Notes under the pieces: model-generated
What the model was told of the DNA's origin: nothing
Seen by the model: only the letters and a program-made list of their open reading frames with translations
The model's database searches: none
NCBI GenBank assembly: GCA_008632985.1
Contig: QPGO01000021.1
Span: forward strand, 496,001 to 560,000
DNA from: Psammoneis japonica
Taxonomy: Eukaryota
Reading direction: 5' to 3'
Length of the DNA stretch: 64,000 nucleotides
In this document: positions 50,297 through 62,747 of the stretch, piece by piece
Layout of the letters: each line of letters opens with the position of its first letter
Position numbering within the stretch: the first letter of the stretch is position 1
Position numbers and translations under genes: made by a program

Positions 50297-53200
50297 ATGA
50301 GATTAATCGCTATTGTCAAGTATACGGCTGCTTCCGTCTTGTTGCTGACGACACCGGTTACAGCGGGATGGTCCAAAAGTACAACAAAAGAGGAACGGAA
50401 AAAGATTGAAGATACGATCAGCAGCCTAAGCAAAAACAAGCTACCCAACGACTTGGCGATTTTGATCAAGTACAAGAATGGCAAAGGAAAAAAGTTTGCT
50501 AGAAGCCACGCAAGAAAAAGGAAGTTTGATAAGCACATGACAAGGTTGAAGGTAGCGGCTATGCGAGCAAGCAATAAGACATCTCTCTTGGCACTTTTGA
50601 ACAGCCCAGACATTGAATATGTGGAACCGGATCACAAAGTACGAGCCCTTTCTTTTTCCGGGAACCGGATTCTTAAAGAGACAATCGATTACGGTTTGAA
50701 AATGGTCAACGCAGATAAATTGTGGGAAAAAGATGGCTACACGAAAATGACCGTTTGCATCGCGGACAGTGGATACGCCTTTGGCCATCCCGACTTGCCA
50801 ACAGTCAATGTTACAGGCACCTCCACCTCCAAAGACTCATGGAAAGAGGATAACTATGGTCATGGTACACACTGCTCGGTGCGTCCGCTTTTGGGCTTTT
50901 GGTCGATACGTGAAAATCCCTACAATTTCAATTTCTACGCGCAACAACCCAACTTCTCACACTATTGTTCGTTATGAAACAGGGCATTCTTGTTGGGCTG
51001 GGTGGTAATAATGAAGGAGTAGTTGGTGTTCTGAACGATCCGTCAAGATATAATCTTCACATTGTCAGACTTCTTGACAGTAATGGAGAAGGTAAAGAAT
51101 CCGATGTTGTAGTGGCTCTTGAAAGTTGCCGGAAGGCCGGAGCCAATGTTGTCAGCATGTCTCTCGGAGGCCGAGGAAAGAGTGACTCGGCTAAAGCTGC
51201 ATTCAAGCAGGCCTATGATGCCGGGGTCCTTGTAATTGCAGCAAGTGGAAACGATGGAGATGACTCCTATTCTTATCCAGCTTCATACCCAGAAGTAATG
51301 TCTGTCTCTGCTGTCGGAACGGACAAGAAACTAGCTGGATTCTCCCAGTACAACGACCAAGTGGAGATTGCTGGTCCGGGTGTAGAAATTCAATCCACAA
51401 TAACAAGAGACAACGGTGATCTTTTGACATACGGCACTTGGTAAGAGGACTCTCTTGTCTCATTGCGTGTCTTTTGTGTTTGCAAGTATTCCCTAACTTG
51501 ATTGAGCTGTCCATACATAGGAGTGGGACAAGTATGGCAACACCGTTTGTATCTGGAGTCGCGGCTCTTGTTTGGTCATATTTTCCCTATTGTACCAATA
51601 ATCAGATCAGAAATGTATTGGATATAACGTCACAGGATGCGGGGGGTAATGGCTGTGACGAAGATGTCGGTTTCGGGATTGTGAATGCAGAAGAGGCATA
51701 CAAATTACTTGAGAAGGACGGGTGCGAAGCAGGCGGACAACTACCAATCCCTCTATCTAATGGCGCTGTTGGAGGGTGTGACCAGGTTCCCTGGTACACA
51801 AATCCACCGACGGCTTCACCCACTCCATTCACATGTGAAGAGAAGGTATTTATGATGAAGTTACAAACAGATGAATGGGCAACTGAAACGTCATGGCATA
51901 TGAAGAATTCAAAGAATGAGATTGTTGCGGAAGGCGGCGGTTTCCGCAATTCTCAAGAATACTTTGAAAAGCTCTGTCTGAAGCAAGATCTGTATACGTT
52001 CACAATGTTTGATTCAGAAGGTTTGTTTTTAATCGTACCGTCCTGTTTTGCACGCGTACTTGTCTTTCACCTCACATTAAATTGGAATTTCTTTCCTGTT
52101 CTTTCCTCCTCTCCTTGTTTAGATGACGGTATGTGTTGCAGGTATGTAGAGAGTCTCTGAAAAAAAAACTGTGAATGTGAAAGCGGTGTTGCATCTCTCA
52201 CTAACATACTGTTTTATGTTTTGCTTCATTTAGCTATGGCAACGGTGGATATGCGATATACTACGATGGAGCTTTTGTTAAGGAGGGTGGAGTGTTTGGG
52301 GGTTCAGATTCTGTTTCGTTTGGAATGATCGTTCCGACTCTTGCTCCAACTCCTGTTCCAACTCCTGCTCCGACTCTTGCACCAACTCTTGCTCCAAGCG
52401 ATGCTCACACAAGGACTCCATCACTTTCACCAACTCCGGCGCCCATGACTTCTATCGCGCTGCCGAACTTTCCATGCGTAGACGACGAAGGGTGGCATCA
52501 TGTCACTCATGGTGGATTAAAAAAAAGCTGCAGATACTTGGAAAATAAATCAGAGAGAAGATGCGAAATCTTCGGTACTGATTCACTAGGCAGGCGGACT
52601 CCCGGCTATATTTCTTGTCCAGAGACCTGCAACTCCTGCGACGACCCACGCAGATTTCCTTTTGCACCGCCAGAAGTGGAAGAAACAGACATGCCGACGT
52701 TACCACCTAGTGAATCAACTCCATCGCCAACATTGATCCCGACTCTCAATCCCACTGCCACGCCTACAGAAGCGCCGACAAGAGTAACAGCGTCTCCTTC
52801 TCGAAGCCCTACGAAAAGTCCTACAGTGCCGCCATCACTGTCACCGACGCGTTTTCCAACTCTTTCTCCAGTTGCTCCGCCAACTTCATCGCCGACACAT
52901 ACTCCGACTGTGCAGCCGACAAGCAAGCCTTCTGGTTCTCCAACGGTCTCCCCGACTATGTCGCCTACGAGACGACCTTCACCTATGCCTTCTGCCTCAC
53001 CAACTCGCAAGCCTACGAATGTACCTTCAGCTTCTCCAACACGCAATCCTACAGTTGCTCCCACCCCTGCACCAACAGAGCCTCCAACGCTGAAGCCAAC
53101 AATATTGCAAACAAGCAATCCTACTAGAGCTCCATCTCCAAACCCAACACTGAGTCCCACTCGAGCTCCAAGTATACCTCCAACCGAGCAAGCTACGATT

Positions 53201-55270
53201 GCGCCATCTCGAAAGCCAACAAGCCAGCCGAGTGAAGCACCATCGCCGTCTCCCACGAGGCCTCTAACTACAGAACCAACTCGTGATCCTACTCAAGCTC
53301 CTACGCCTGAGCCGACGCCTGCGCCTACATCAGCTCCTACGCCGGAGCCTACACCTGCTCCAACACCAGGTCCAACTCCCGCACCAACGACACCTGCTGA
53401 TACGCCGGAGCCGACGCCTTGGCCTACACCTGCTCCGACACCAGGGCCTACACCTGCTCTTACGCCGGAGCCAACACCTGCTCCAACACCAGGTCCAACT
53501 CCCGCACCAACTACACCTGCTGATACCCCGGAGCCGACGCCTGGGCCTACACCTGCTCCTACGCCGGAGCCAACGCCTGCTCCGACACCAGGGCCTACAC
53601 CTTCTCCTACGCCGGAGCCAACGCCTGTGCCTACACCTGCTCCAACACCAGGGCCAACTCAAGCACCTACAACACCTGCTACTACCCCGGTGCCGACGCC
53701 TGGGCCTACACCTGCTCCGACACCAGGGCCGACACCTACTTCTACGCCGGAGCCAACGCCTGCGCCTACACCTGCTCCAACACCAGGTCCAACTCCCGCA
53801 CCAACTACACCTGCTGATACCTCGGAGCCGACGCCTGGGCCTACACCTGCTCCTACGCCGGAGCCAACGCCTGCTCCGACACCAGGGCCTACGCCTTCTC
53901 CTACGCCGGAGCCAACGCCTGTGCCTACACCTGCTCCAACACCAGGGCCAACTCAAGCACCTACAACACCTGCTGCTACGCCGGAGCCGACGCCTGGGCC
54001 TACACCTGCTCCAACAGGACAGCCTAGTGCGGCACCATCGCCTTTTCCTGCAGCAGACCCAACTGATTCTCCAACAACGCATCCAACATCTAAGCCGTCG
54101 CCGTCGCCAACCAAAGAACCGACGATGCATCCCACGAGATCACCAACTTCTGTTCCTACCGCTTCGAATTCTAAGACAGAGAATCTTCCTGCCGGTATCA
54201 ACGCCCCGCCTAAAGATTCTAGTCCCCCAACTACGTCTCCGACATCACCAGTTCTTACGGCCGAGCCCTCACATGGACCCACCTCCTCACCGACTCATTT
54301 CCCGACTGACTCCCCTACGTTATCACCGACGGCGACGGAGACGGGGTCACCCACTGAGATCCCTACGGAAAAGCCCACCCCAGAGCCTACACCTGAAGCG
54401 ACTGATTCGCCTACTTTGTCGCCCACGGCCAAGCATACAGAAGATCCTACCGTGAGCCCAACTCGATCTCCAACTCAGGCTCCCGTCACAGGCGAGCCTA
54501 CTTTGACCCCGACTAGATCTCCAACTCAAAGTCCAGGCACACAAGAGCCTACTGCAAACACAACCGGATCTCCAACTCAGGCGCCCGTCACGCAAGAGCC
54601 AACGGCGAACCAAATGAAACTTCCTACTACTCAAGCGCCTCCCAAAGAACAAACTAATGCACGTTCACAGGGTTCAACGATGACTCCTACCATGATGTTG
54701 CAAACTCCAATGCCTTCAAAAATGCCGCCTGCAACCAGTGCGCCGTCTCCAAGTTCTACAGAGTCATATGATTGTAGAGATGATGAGTCTTGGGTTCATG
54801 TAACACCTAAAGGGGTGCATAAAAGTTGCAGCTACCCCAAGAATAAACCGGAAAGCCGATGCGACAAGATGGGTAAAGGCATTCTTGGAGAAACTCCAGC
54901 ATACATTTCTTGTCCAGAAAGTTGTAACACGTGCGATGATCCACAAAGAGGCTCGTCTTCAACTCCCGCGCAAACAGAAGCGACTGAAAACAAAACTCAA
55001 AACCAATCAACTTGTCGAGACAATGAAAAATGGACGTATAGCTTCTTTGGTCGTGAAAAGCACTGTGACGACTTATCTGTGTTGTTCTGTATAACACAAG
55101 GTAAGGACGAGTCCGGAGTCACCCAGTCAGGCTACGAGGCTTGTCCACAAAAATGCAAGCGCTGTCCCGGCCTGTCTGAGAAATCGAAAAAGACAGCGAG
55201 AATGCGGAGAGGGTCCGGTAGTAGAGGCAGCAGCAGTCGGAGAGGGTCCGGTAGTAGAAGCAGTAGGTGA
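50297..55270 (+). CDS. Secreted subtilisin-like (S8) serine protease 1 with long Pro/Thr stalk and Cys-rich modules
   Basis: Signal peptide, propeptide, triad ADSG / HGTH / GTSMA and oxyanion AASGN. Introns at about 50879-50982, 51441-51520, 52021-52121 and 52142-52232. Confidence 0.88.
53290..54012 (+). repeat. Coding tandem repeat ([16 protein letters not shown] units with higher-order duplication)
   Basis: Seen directly in DNA and in the translation. Confidence 0.9.
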
Positions 55271-56680
55271 CGATAGGAAATTAAAAAATCTTCCCACAAC
55301 AAGAATTCAAGAATCGAATATAGAAAATATAACAAAAGCTTTGCTATCTATCGTTGCAACTCTAGTTCCAGTTATGATAGTGTAGAAACCGAGATCGCTC
55401 CTGAGTTCAGTGAGAGCGTGTTAATATGTTGTCCTTATGAGTGAGCTTTCAATCATATTTTTTTAATCTCCAGCTCTTTGCTACATCATGATGTAGTAGT
55501 TGATGCAAAACACTGTAGGAATTCCTCTTCAACATCGAGGGACGCCGAATTTGATTTTTGACATCACGCACCGGTAAGCACGTCACGCACAAAACCAGCA
55601 AGATCTTTGCGTCGCGTGGCGTTGCTCGTCTGTCAGTGCCTCAAAACAAATCAAAACCTGCAGTCCTGTCATTTACTCTCCAAGTCGTCCCTGTAAGTTG
55701 GCATCGACAGCACTCTCTCGTCAGCTCGGAAGAAAAGAATCTCAAATACTTTTAGGTAAGTTGGACCTTTGTTCCCGTCCAATGTTTCTGATTGTGCTAA
55801 GATTAACAAAATCCTAGTATAGCTTTCAAGAGAACCGTGTCTCTGCTTTTTCTTTCGAGTGATAGTAGCAAAATTTTGTTCTGGGTATCCCACCAATCCT
55901 GTCTTGTATAGCCAGAATCTCTTGTGCGTTTTACGAAGCAACACTACCGGTACTTGTTACTTGTTTGTGCGCGTTGACTTTAGGTAATCGGTCCACGGTC
56001 CATCCGCACGTATTCCATCACAGCGCTCCTTCTGGCACTGTACTGCTTGACTGTTGGGTGATTCCGCAGACTGCTGCAGTAGCACTGATAGAGAGAGAGC
56101 ATCTCCACTTTTTGAACGGGATACGAGCACTGCGCTGTCTTGCTGAGATGAAATTCATTTGGTTTTGCGCTTTGTGAGATTCGCCTCACGAGTCAGGCGA
56201 GTCGTGCCCTGACATTGAGGGGAAACGTCTGAACCAAAGTTGTCCAAGTACTTGCATACATTCAAACATATTCATAAATTAATCTACGAAATATACGATA
56301 GAAAGTACCCTTGGGCTATATGACATATGTGTATCATTTATTTGTGCAGTCGCTGGACAGAAAAGCTAGGGTTTACTATAAGTAATGACAATCAAGAAGC
56401 TGGTGTGACCGCGATTGATCGGAACCGCATTTTTCGGATGTCGATTTCATGAAAACGAAACAAATGCGAGGAAGCGAAGTTCTATCCTCCACCTCGTCAG
56501 TACCCATTAGCAAAGAGCACCGGTGGGAGGCGCTACATAGAGCGCTCAAGCTTCGAAGGCGATAACTGCTATGAAACGGATCTGACTTCTAATTCTGATT
56601 AACGAACTGGGTCGAACAAAGCGTAGCGGTTGAACATCTGCCGTTCAGGTGCAAGGCAGAGACACCGAGATCGAAACGAG

Positions 56681-59600
56681 ATGAGATTCCCGCGTTTTGT
56701 TGTTACTTTATGCACAGTGGCTCTATTTTCAGGATACAGTTGCAGAGCTTACTCTCCAATAATCGAAAATAATCCCGATTCCAAGACGCATATAAATGCC
56801 AACACAAAAGTCGCTAGCGTCAAACGGAGCAAATTGCATGTAATGATCAAGTATAAGAACGCAAATGGCAGAAACAAGGCGTTGCTGCTTTCCAGGAATA
56901 AACGATTTGACAAGCTCTTGCCAAATTATAATATTGCGTCTTTCGAGGCAGTCAACAAGGAAGCATTAAAGACTCTTGCAGACGATCCCGACATAAGTTT
57001 TGTTGACAGAAACTCAATGCTTCGTCCGCTTACTGAATCGGTCCAAACAATCACCATTCCAAGGGGGGTACAAGTCAAAATGGGTAAATACAACGTTCCA
57101 GGGGATCAAATTGGAACGCCGGGAGAGGAAACGAGCTATGGAATAGGACTTGTCCAGGCAAATAACATGTGGAAGAAGATTCCGGACGCAAAGTCAAACA
57201 TTACGGTTTGTGTTATCGACACTGGCTATGCTCTGGGCCACCCAGATTTACCCAACCTTGATCATGTATGTAACTGTCGAAGATGACAATATTGGGAATC
57301 GAATTGTGAAAGAGTGGTTGCTCTAATGCTTTGTTCTTGCTGTCGTTGCTGTTTTTGATTGTGCCAGGGTGTTTCTGGGACAAATAGTGGGGATAGAGCA
57401 GATTGGACAAAAGACAAGAACGGACATGGTTCTCATTGCGCAGGTATTATAGGAGCTATTGGAGACAATGGCATTGGTGTTGCGGGAGTGAACAAAGACC
57501 CACATAGATTTCGCCTCCACATAGGGAAAGCTTTGGACGATGAAGGAGATGGCCCGGAGGATACGGTCCTTACCATGCTTGATGAGTGCGTTAACGCTGG
57601 AGCAAGCGTTATTAGTATGAGTATTGGCACCGAAAAGTACAGCAAAGCAGTTGAAGATGTTTACAAGGAAGTCTACGACAAGGGCGTTCTGATTGTTGCT
57701 GCTGCCGGTAATGCTGGCACCCCTGTCAACTTGTATCCAGCTAGCTATCCACATGTCATGTCAGTTGCGGCCGTTCATCCTGACGGCATATTTTCCTCTG
57801 CTTCCAATTACAATGATCAAGTGGAAATTGCTGGTCCAGGGGTTGGAATTCTGTCAACAGACACTGGTGCAGACGGAGAATCCTTTACGTATGAAACAAG
57901 AAGCGGTACTAGTATGGCCGCACCGTTTGTCGCTGGAGTTGCTGCTCTTGTTTGGAGCCATTTTCCGGAGTGCTCGAACAATCAGATTAGGACAGTTCTT
58001 GCGCGAACAGCACTACTCCCGGATGGCGACTTTTGCAACCGAGACGTCGGTTTTGGGATTGTGCAAGCAAAAGCTGCTTACAACCTCTTGTCGCGAAAGG
58101 GATGCGTGGCTGGCGGACCAGATGTTTTTCCTCGGGCTCGGGGCGGAGGTAAGCTGTAACCAAGTGTTGTAACCATTTGTGACTGTTCTTCTCCACTGTA
58201 TTTGTTAATTTGTTTCCTTCAACGCCTTTCACTAAGTCGGAGGCTGTAAACAAGATCCAAGGTTCACACCTCCCCCAGTCATACCGGACCCACCTTTCGT
58301 ATGCAACGAAAACGTCTTCAAGTTGGAGCTCACCACCGACCAATACGCTGAGGAAACTTCATGGAGGGTTGAAAACTCAAAAAATGAAATTGTCGCATCG
58401 GGTGGGAAAGGTGACTACAGGAATTCTTTAAACTACACAGAGATGGCATGTTTGTCTTCAGGTGTATATACATTCACCATTGAGGATGCCCCTGGCGATG
58501 GCATTTGTTGCTCGTTTGGAGAAGGGCGTTTCCTTGTGTCGTTTAATGGCAACGTCGTCGAGGAAGGGGGAGAATTTTCTCAAAATGTGCAGTTTGAATT
58601 TGGTTCCGACGAGATATGCGAAGATGACGCATCGTGGGTTTCACGGAATGTGCTGAATGGCAGAGAGCGAACGTGTGAATACTTGAAAGATAACAAGGTC
58701 AAATGCTCGATAAATGGTGTCAACGCAAAGAACGAGAGTTTAAATGGGTTCGAAGCTTGTCCCAAAGCTTGCGACTCTTGCGGTCTCGATACAGTAGCCC
58801 CAACTCGGTCACCAGTTCAACCCTCGCCGCAACCCCCACCACTGGAAGTCACATCGGGGCCGACCACTGCACCAACTGCTGGTCCCGACGAAACATGCGA
58901 AGATGATGCATCGTGGCTTTCACGGAATGTGCTGAATGGCAGAGAGCGAACGTGTGAATTCTTGAAAAATAACCAGATCAAATGCTCAATAAATGGTATC
59001 AACGCAAAGAACGAGAGTTTAACTGGATTCGAAGCTTGTCCCAAAGCTTGCGGCTCTTGCGGGTTAGAGTCAGCGACCCCAACTCCGTCACAGCCCCCGC
59101 CACTTGAAGTAACATTGGAGCCAAGTGCTGGTCCAACAAAGGCTCCATCGAAGCAGCCTACTAAGTGGCCGACCGAATCCCCCACAGCGATACCTACTGC
59201 AAAACCCACAGTGACGCCAACGATGAAGGCGACAGCCAATCCAACAAGAGTACCAAGAACCGGTATACCGACGCCTCCACCTACAGAACAACCCTCTGCT
59301 CAACCAACAAGGCAACCCACGCCCCCACCAACAAGACAACCGTCTCTTCCACCAACAACGCGACCCTCTGCTCGACCGACTCCGACACCCACGCCTCCGC
59401 CATCACCAGGGCCGACAAGACGTCCAACGCTTCTACCTACACCGCCCCCCACACCAGGTCCATCTCCAGCACCTACACCGCCCCCAGCACTGCAACCTCG
59501 GCCTCTTGTGGCAACCCCCACTCTGCCGCCCACTCCACCGCCCACTCCGCCGCCCACTCCGCCACCCACTCCACCACCCACTCCGCCACTCACTCCACCA

Positions 59601-60899
59601 CCTACTCTTTTACCAACTCCGCCGCCCTCTCTGCCACCTACTCCGCCACCCACTCCACCACCTACTCTTTTACCTACTGCGCCACCCACTCCGCCACCAA
59701 CTCCAGCACCCACACCGCCACCATCACCTCTACCAACGCGTTCCCAATCATCAGCATGTTGCCTACCGAATGGTTGGTGCGCTAACGTCAGGCTGCAAAG
59801 GTCCTGCGAAGATATATTTGGAGGCATCTTCAACGACGGTGTGACCTGCTCTGAAATGGCATGTTCCGTTCCAGCAGGTGCTACACGTCCACCTCCACCG
59901 GCTCCTACGCTACAGCCGACGCCACCTCCTACACCAGTACCTACACAGCCAACGGTACCAATACCTAGAGCTCCTCCTACACCACCGCCACCATCACCTC
60001 TACCGACGCGTTCCTCATCGTCAGCATGTTGCTTACCGAATGGTTGGTGTGCGAACGTCAGGCTGAAAAGGTCCTGCGAAGATATATTTGGAGGCGTCTT
60101 TAACGACGGGGTGGCTTGCTCTGAAATGGCATGTTCCGTTCCGACCCCTGCCACACATCCACCGACTCCACAACCATCACCTCCGCCAACACCACCTCCT
60201 ACGCTACAGCCGACACCACCTCCTACACCAGTACCTACACTACCAACGGTACCAATACCTAGAGCTCCTTCTCCTCCTCCTCCTCGATATATACCACCAA
60301 AATTACCAACGGACGATTTTGACTCAGACAAAAAGAAACGCCGCACCTCCGCACCTAGACGGAGACGGTGTCTAGGAGGGAAGAAGGGCAGCGGAAGTTC
60401 GTATGGAACAAGTGGGAGTAGCGGTAAGGGTAAAGGGGGTAAGAAGGGAAGAAGTCCAAGGGGTGCGACAAAACGTGTCCCCAAAAGAATCAACAAAGGG
60501 TCTGTCTTTAGAAGGACAAGACGTCCAACTCACGATGATTGCGAAGAGGTGGAATGTGAAGACAACTTTCATTGGAGTTACATAAGCAAAAGAGGAAGGA
60601 GACTACGATGTGACTGGGTGTCAAGGAACCCTAGGCATCGCTGTCAGATGGTGGGCAGAACTTTGAACGGTCTCCCTCGGCGAGCCAGGGACGCATGTAG
60701 AGATTCTTGCGGTACGTGCAAAGATGTTGAATGCAGAGATAGCTCCAGCTGGACTTATAGAAGTAAACGAGGAAGGTTGTTACGATGCAGATGGGTGTCA
60801 GCGAACCCGAGATATCGTTGTCGCCTCGTGGGAGCCTCGAACGGTCACCCTATCCGAGCCCGCGATGCCTGCGTAGCATCTTGCGGTACATGCGGGTAA
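56681..60899 (+). CDS. Secreted subtilisin-like (S8) serine protease 2, tandem paralogue with Pro-rich stalk and duplicated Cys-rich modules
   Basis: Signal peptide, IDTG / HGSH / GTSMA and AAAGN. Shares YPASYP and [12 protein letters not shown] with paralogue 1. Introns at about 57266-57368 and 58149-58236. Confidence 0.88.
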
Positions 60900-61148
60900 A
60901 TCTAGATTTTGAAAGCTACTTACTTGCTGTAGTGCCTGTGTCTCGGGTACTCCTATTTCTCTCAAAAAATCCAGTAAAGAAGTTGATAATAGGAGACTCG
61001 AAAAAATGACGAGCGAGGACCAAGTTCGGAGTTCGGTGCGAGCGAGCGAGCGACGGACAGACATGCACATACCGGTATGGTGCTGTCTGCCCGTCTACCG
61101 GTACGCTCACACTCCGCACTCAAAAAACTTCGTCACGCTCACAAAAAA

Positions 61149-62616
61149 ATGACGATGGCAAACGGCAACAGCACTTCGAAGCATCAGGTCTGTTTGGACT
61201 TGACATCGGACGACGATGGTCCTGAGAGTCCCAGCAGTATAGGACTAGGCAAGCTCAAGAGCGACGATAACAAGTCCTTTTCTCCAGCTTCAACGTCTTC
61301 ATCGTCGATGATGTCGAATACCAAGAAAACCACAACAACGACAACACAATCGACTGCTGTGCTTTGCAATTTATCCGACAGCGACGATAGTGACACTGAT
61401 TTGCTGCTCTCAGGAGGCCCAATCTTTGATCCGAGCAAACAGGAAAAGACAGCAAAGCCCAAGACGAAAAAGCAGCGAGAAAAGGAAGCAGCCAAACAAC
61501 GACGAATTGAGGAAAAGCAAAAGCGTCTGCAGGAGAAGCTCTTGGAACAAGCCACTAAAAAAAGACGCTTAGAGCAAGCTCAGCAACGAATGGGTAAATT
61601 TGCGCCTCAGGAGATTGTTCTTTTGGTGGAACCCACGCTCTCGTCGTCTACCTTTGGAAACGAGTTGCTGAAAGATTTGCGTGAAACTTACAGTGTGCAT
61701 CAAGTCGAAGAGAGTATGGGCGGATATGCTCTGCAGTGGATTCGAAAGGTATGGTTACTGAGAGACCTTTCCTTTATGTGCCAAGTTATCATCGTGCGCT
61801 TATTCTCTTTCTTGATTCCTACAGGATTTTCTAGATGGTGGAGCCAAGCAGGCAATCTCCGATTGGGAAGAGAAAGCAACCGCCGCAACCTCCAAGAGTT
61901 TTCATCATTTCGACCGCCTCGTTATCGTGTTTGATGATCCGAAGTGTTTCCTTGACTTATTGAGGAACGCCAACGACGATGATTATCCGAGATTGTCGTC
62001 TTGGCTGTTGAAATTACAACGATCATGGAGAAGGCAGCATACGCAAGAACCCCGAATTGTGTTGCTTTTGAATCAATTACGCGACCAAGTCGATAAGGAC
62101 TGGATTGAGCATCGCCGTTCCAAAGGGCGTATTGCTCCACCGAGCCATGAAGAGGTGCAGGATGCCATTACGTGGCTTTTGATCGAGTTTCAGGTGGAAT
62201 GCATTCAATGCGAAACAGTAGAGAGTATGTCTCTGACTCTCATGCAAATGACGAGAGCCATGAGTGACGTGCCTTATCGCCAGCAAGTGACCGAGTTGGA
62301 ATGTATTCGCAAGTTGAAAGCATCCGATATTCCGGTTGATGGCGTGCTAGATGAAGGGTTGGTACGAGCCAAAGATTGTTGGATTCGGCAACTGCAACAG
62401 ATTCCTCAGGTGTCGGAGAGCAAGGCACTCAACGTTGCTCGAGAATTCCCTACTGCGAGATCATTGTGGGAAGCCTATCAAGATCCAAACATTAGCGAGG
62501 ATTCCAAGAGGCTCTTGTTGGCAGACGTGCTTGCAGAAAATCGACGCAACGTCAAGCTATCTGATTCGATTTATCAACTCTTTACCCATGCAGATCCAAA
62601 CCAGTTCTTGAACTAA
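61149..62616 (+). CDS. EME1: Crossover junction endonuclease subunit EME1/MMS4-like (ERCC4-like domain plus helix-hairpin-helix)
   Basis: C-terminal WIRQLQQIPQVSESKA..FPTARSLWEAY..LLLADV..KLSDSIYQLF pattern. Intron at about 61749-61823. Confidence 0.75.
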
Positions 62617-62747
62617 TTAGTAGAAGGCGTGTATCAATCCACTTAGTACTTTTTTATCCCTCCAGGATTAATTCTTCACATTTCACGTTAAACATTTATC
62701 GTGCCCCATATGCTCCCTCTTCTACAGAAAACAAAGCCAGACCCAAC

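Noticed and set aside
52606..60496. Long antisense or alternate-frame Gly/Val- or Arg/Leu-rich ORFs over the subtilisin stalks
   Set aside because: They are shadow frames of Pro/Thr repeat codons.
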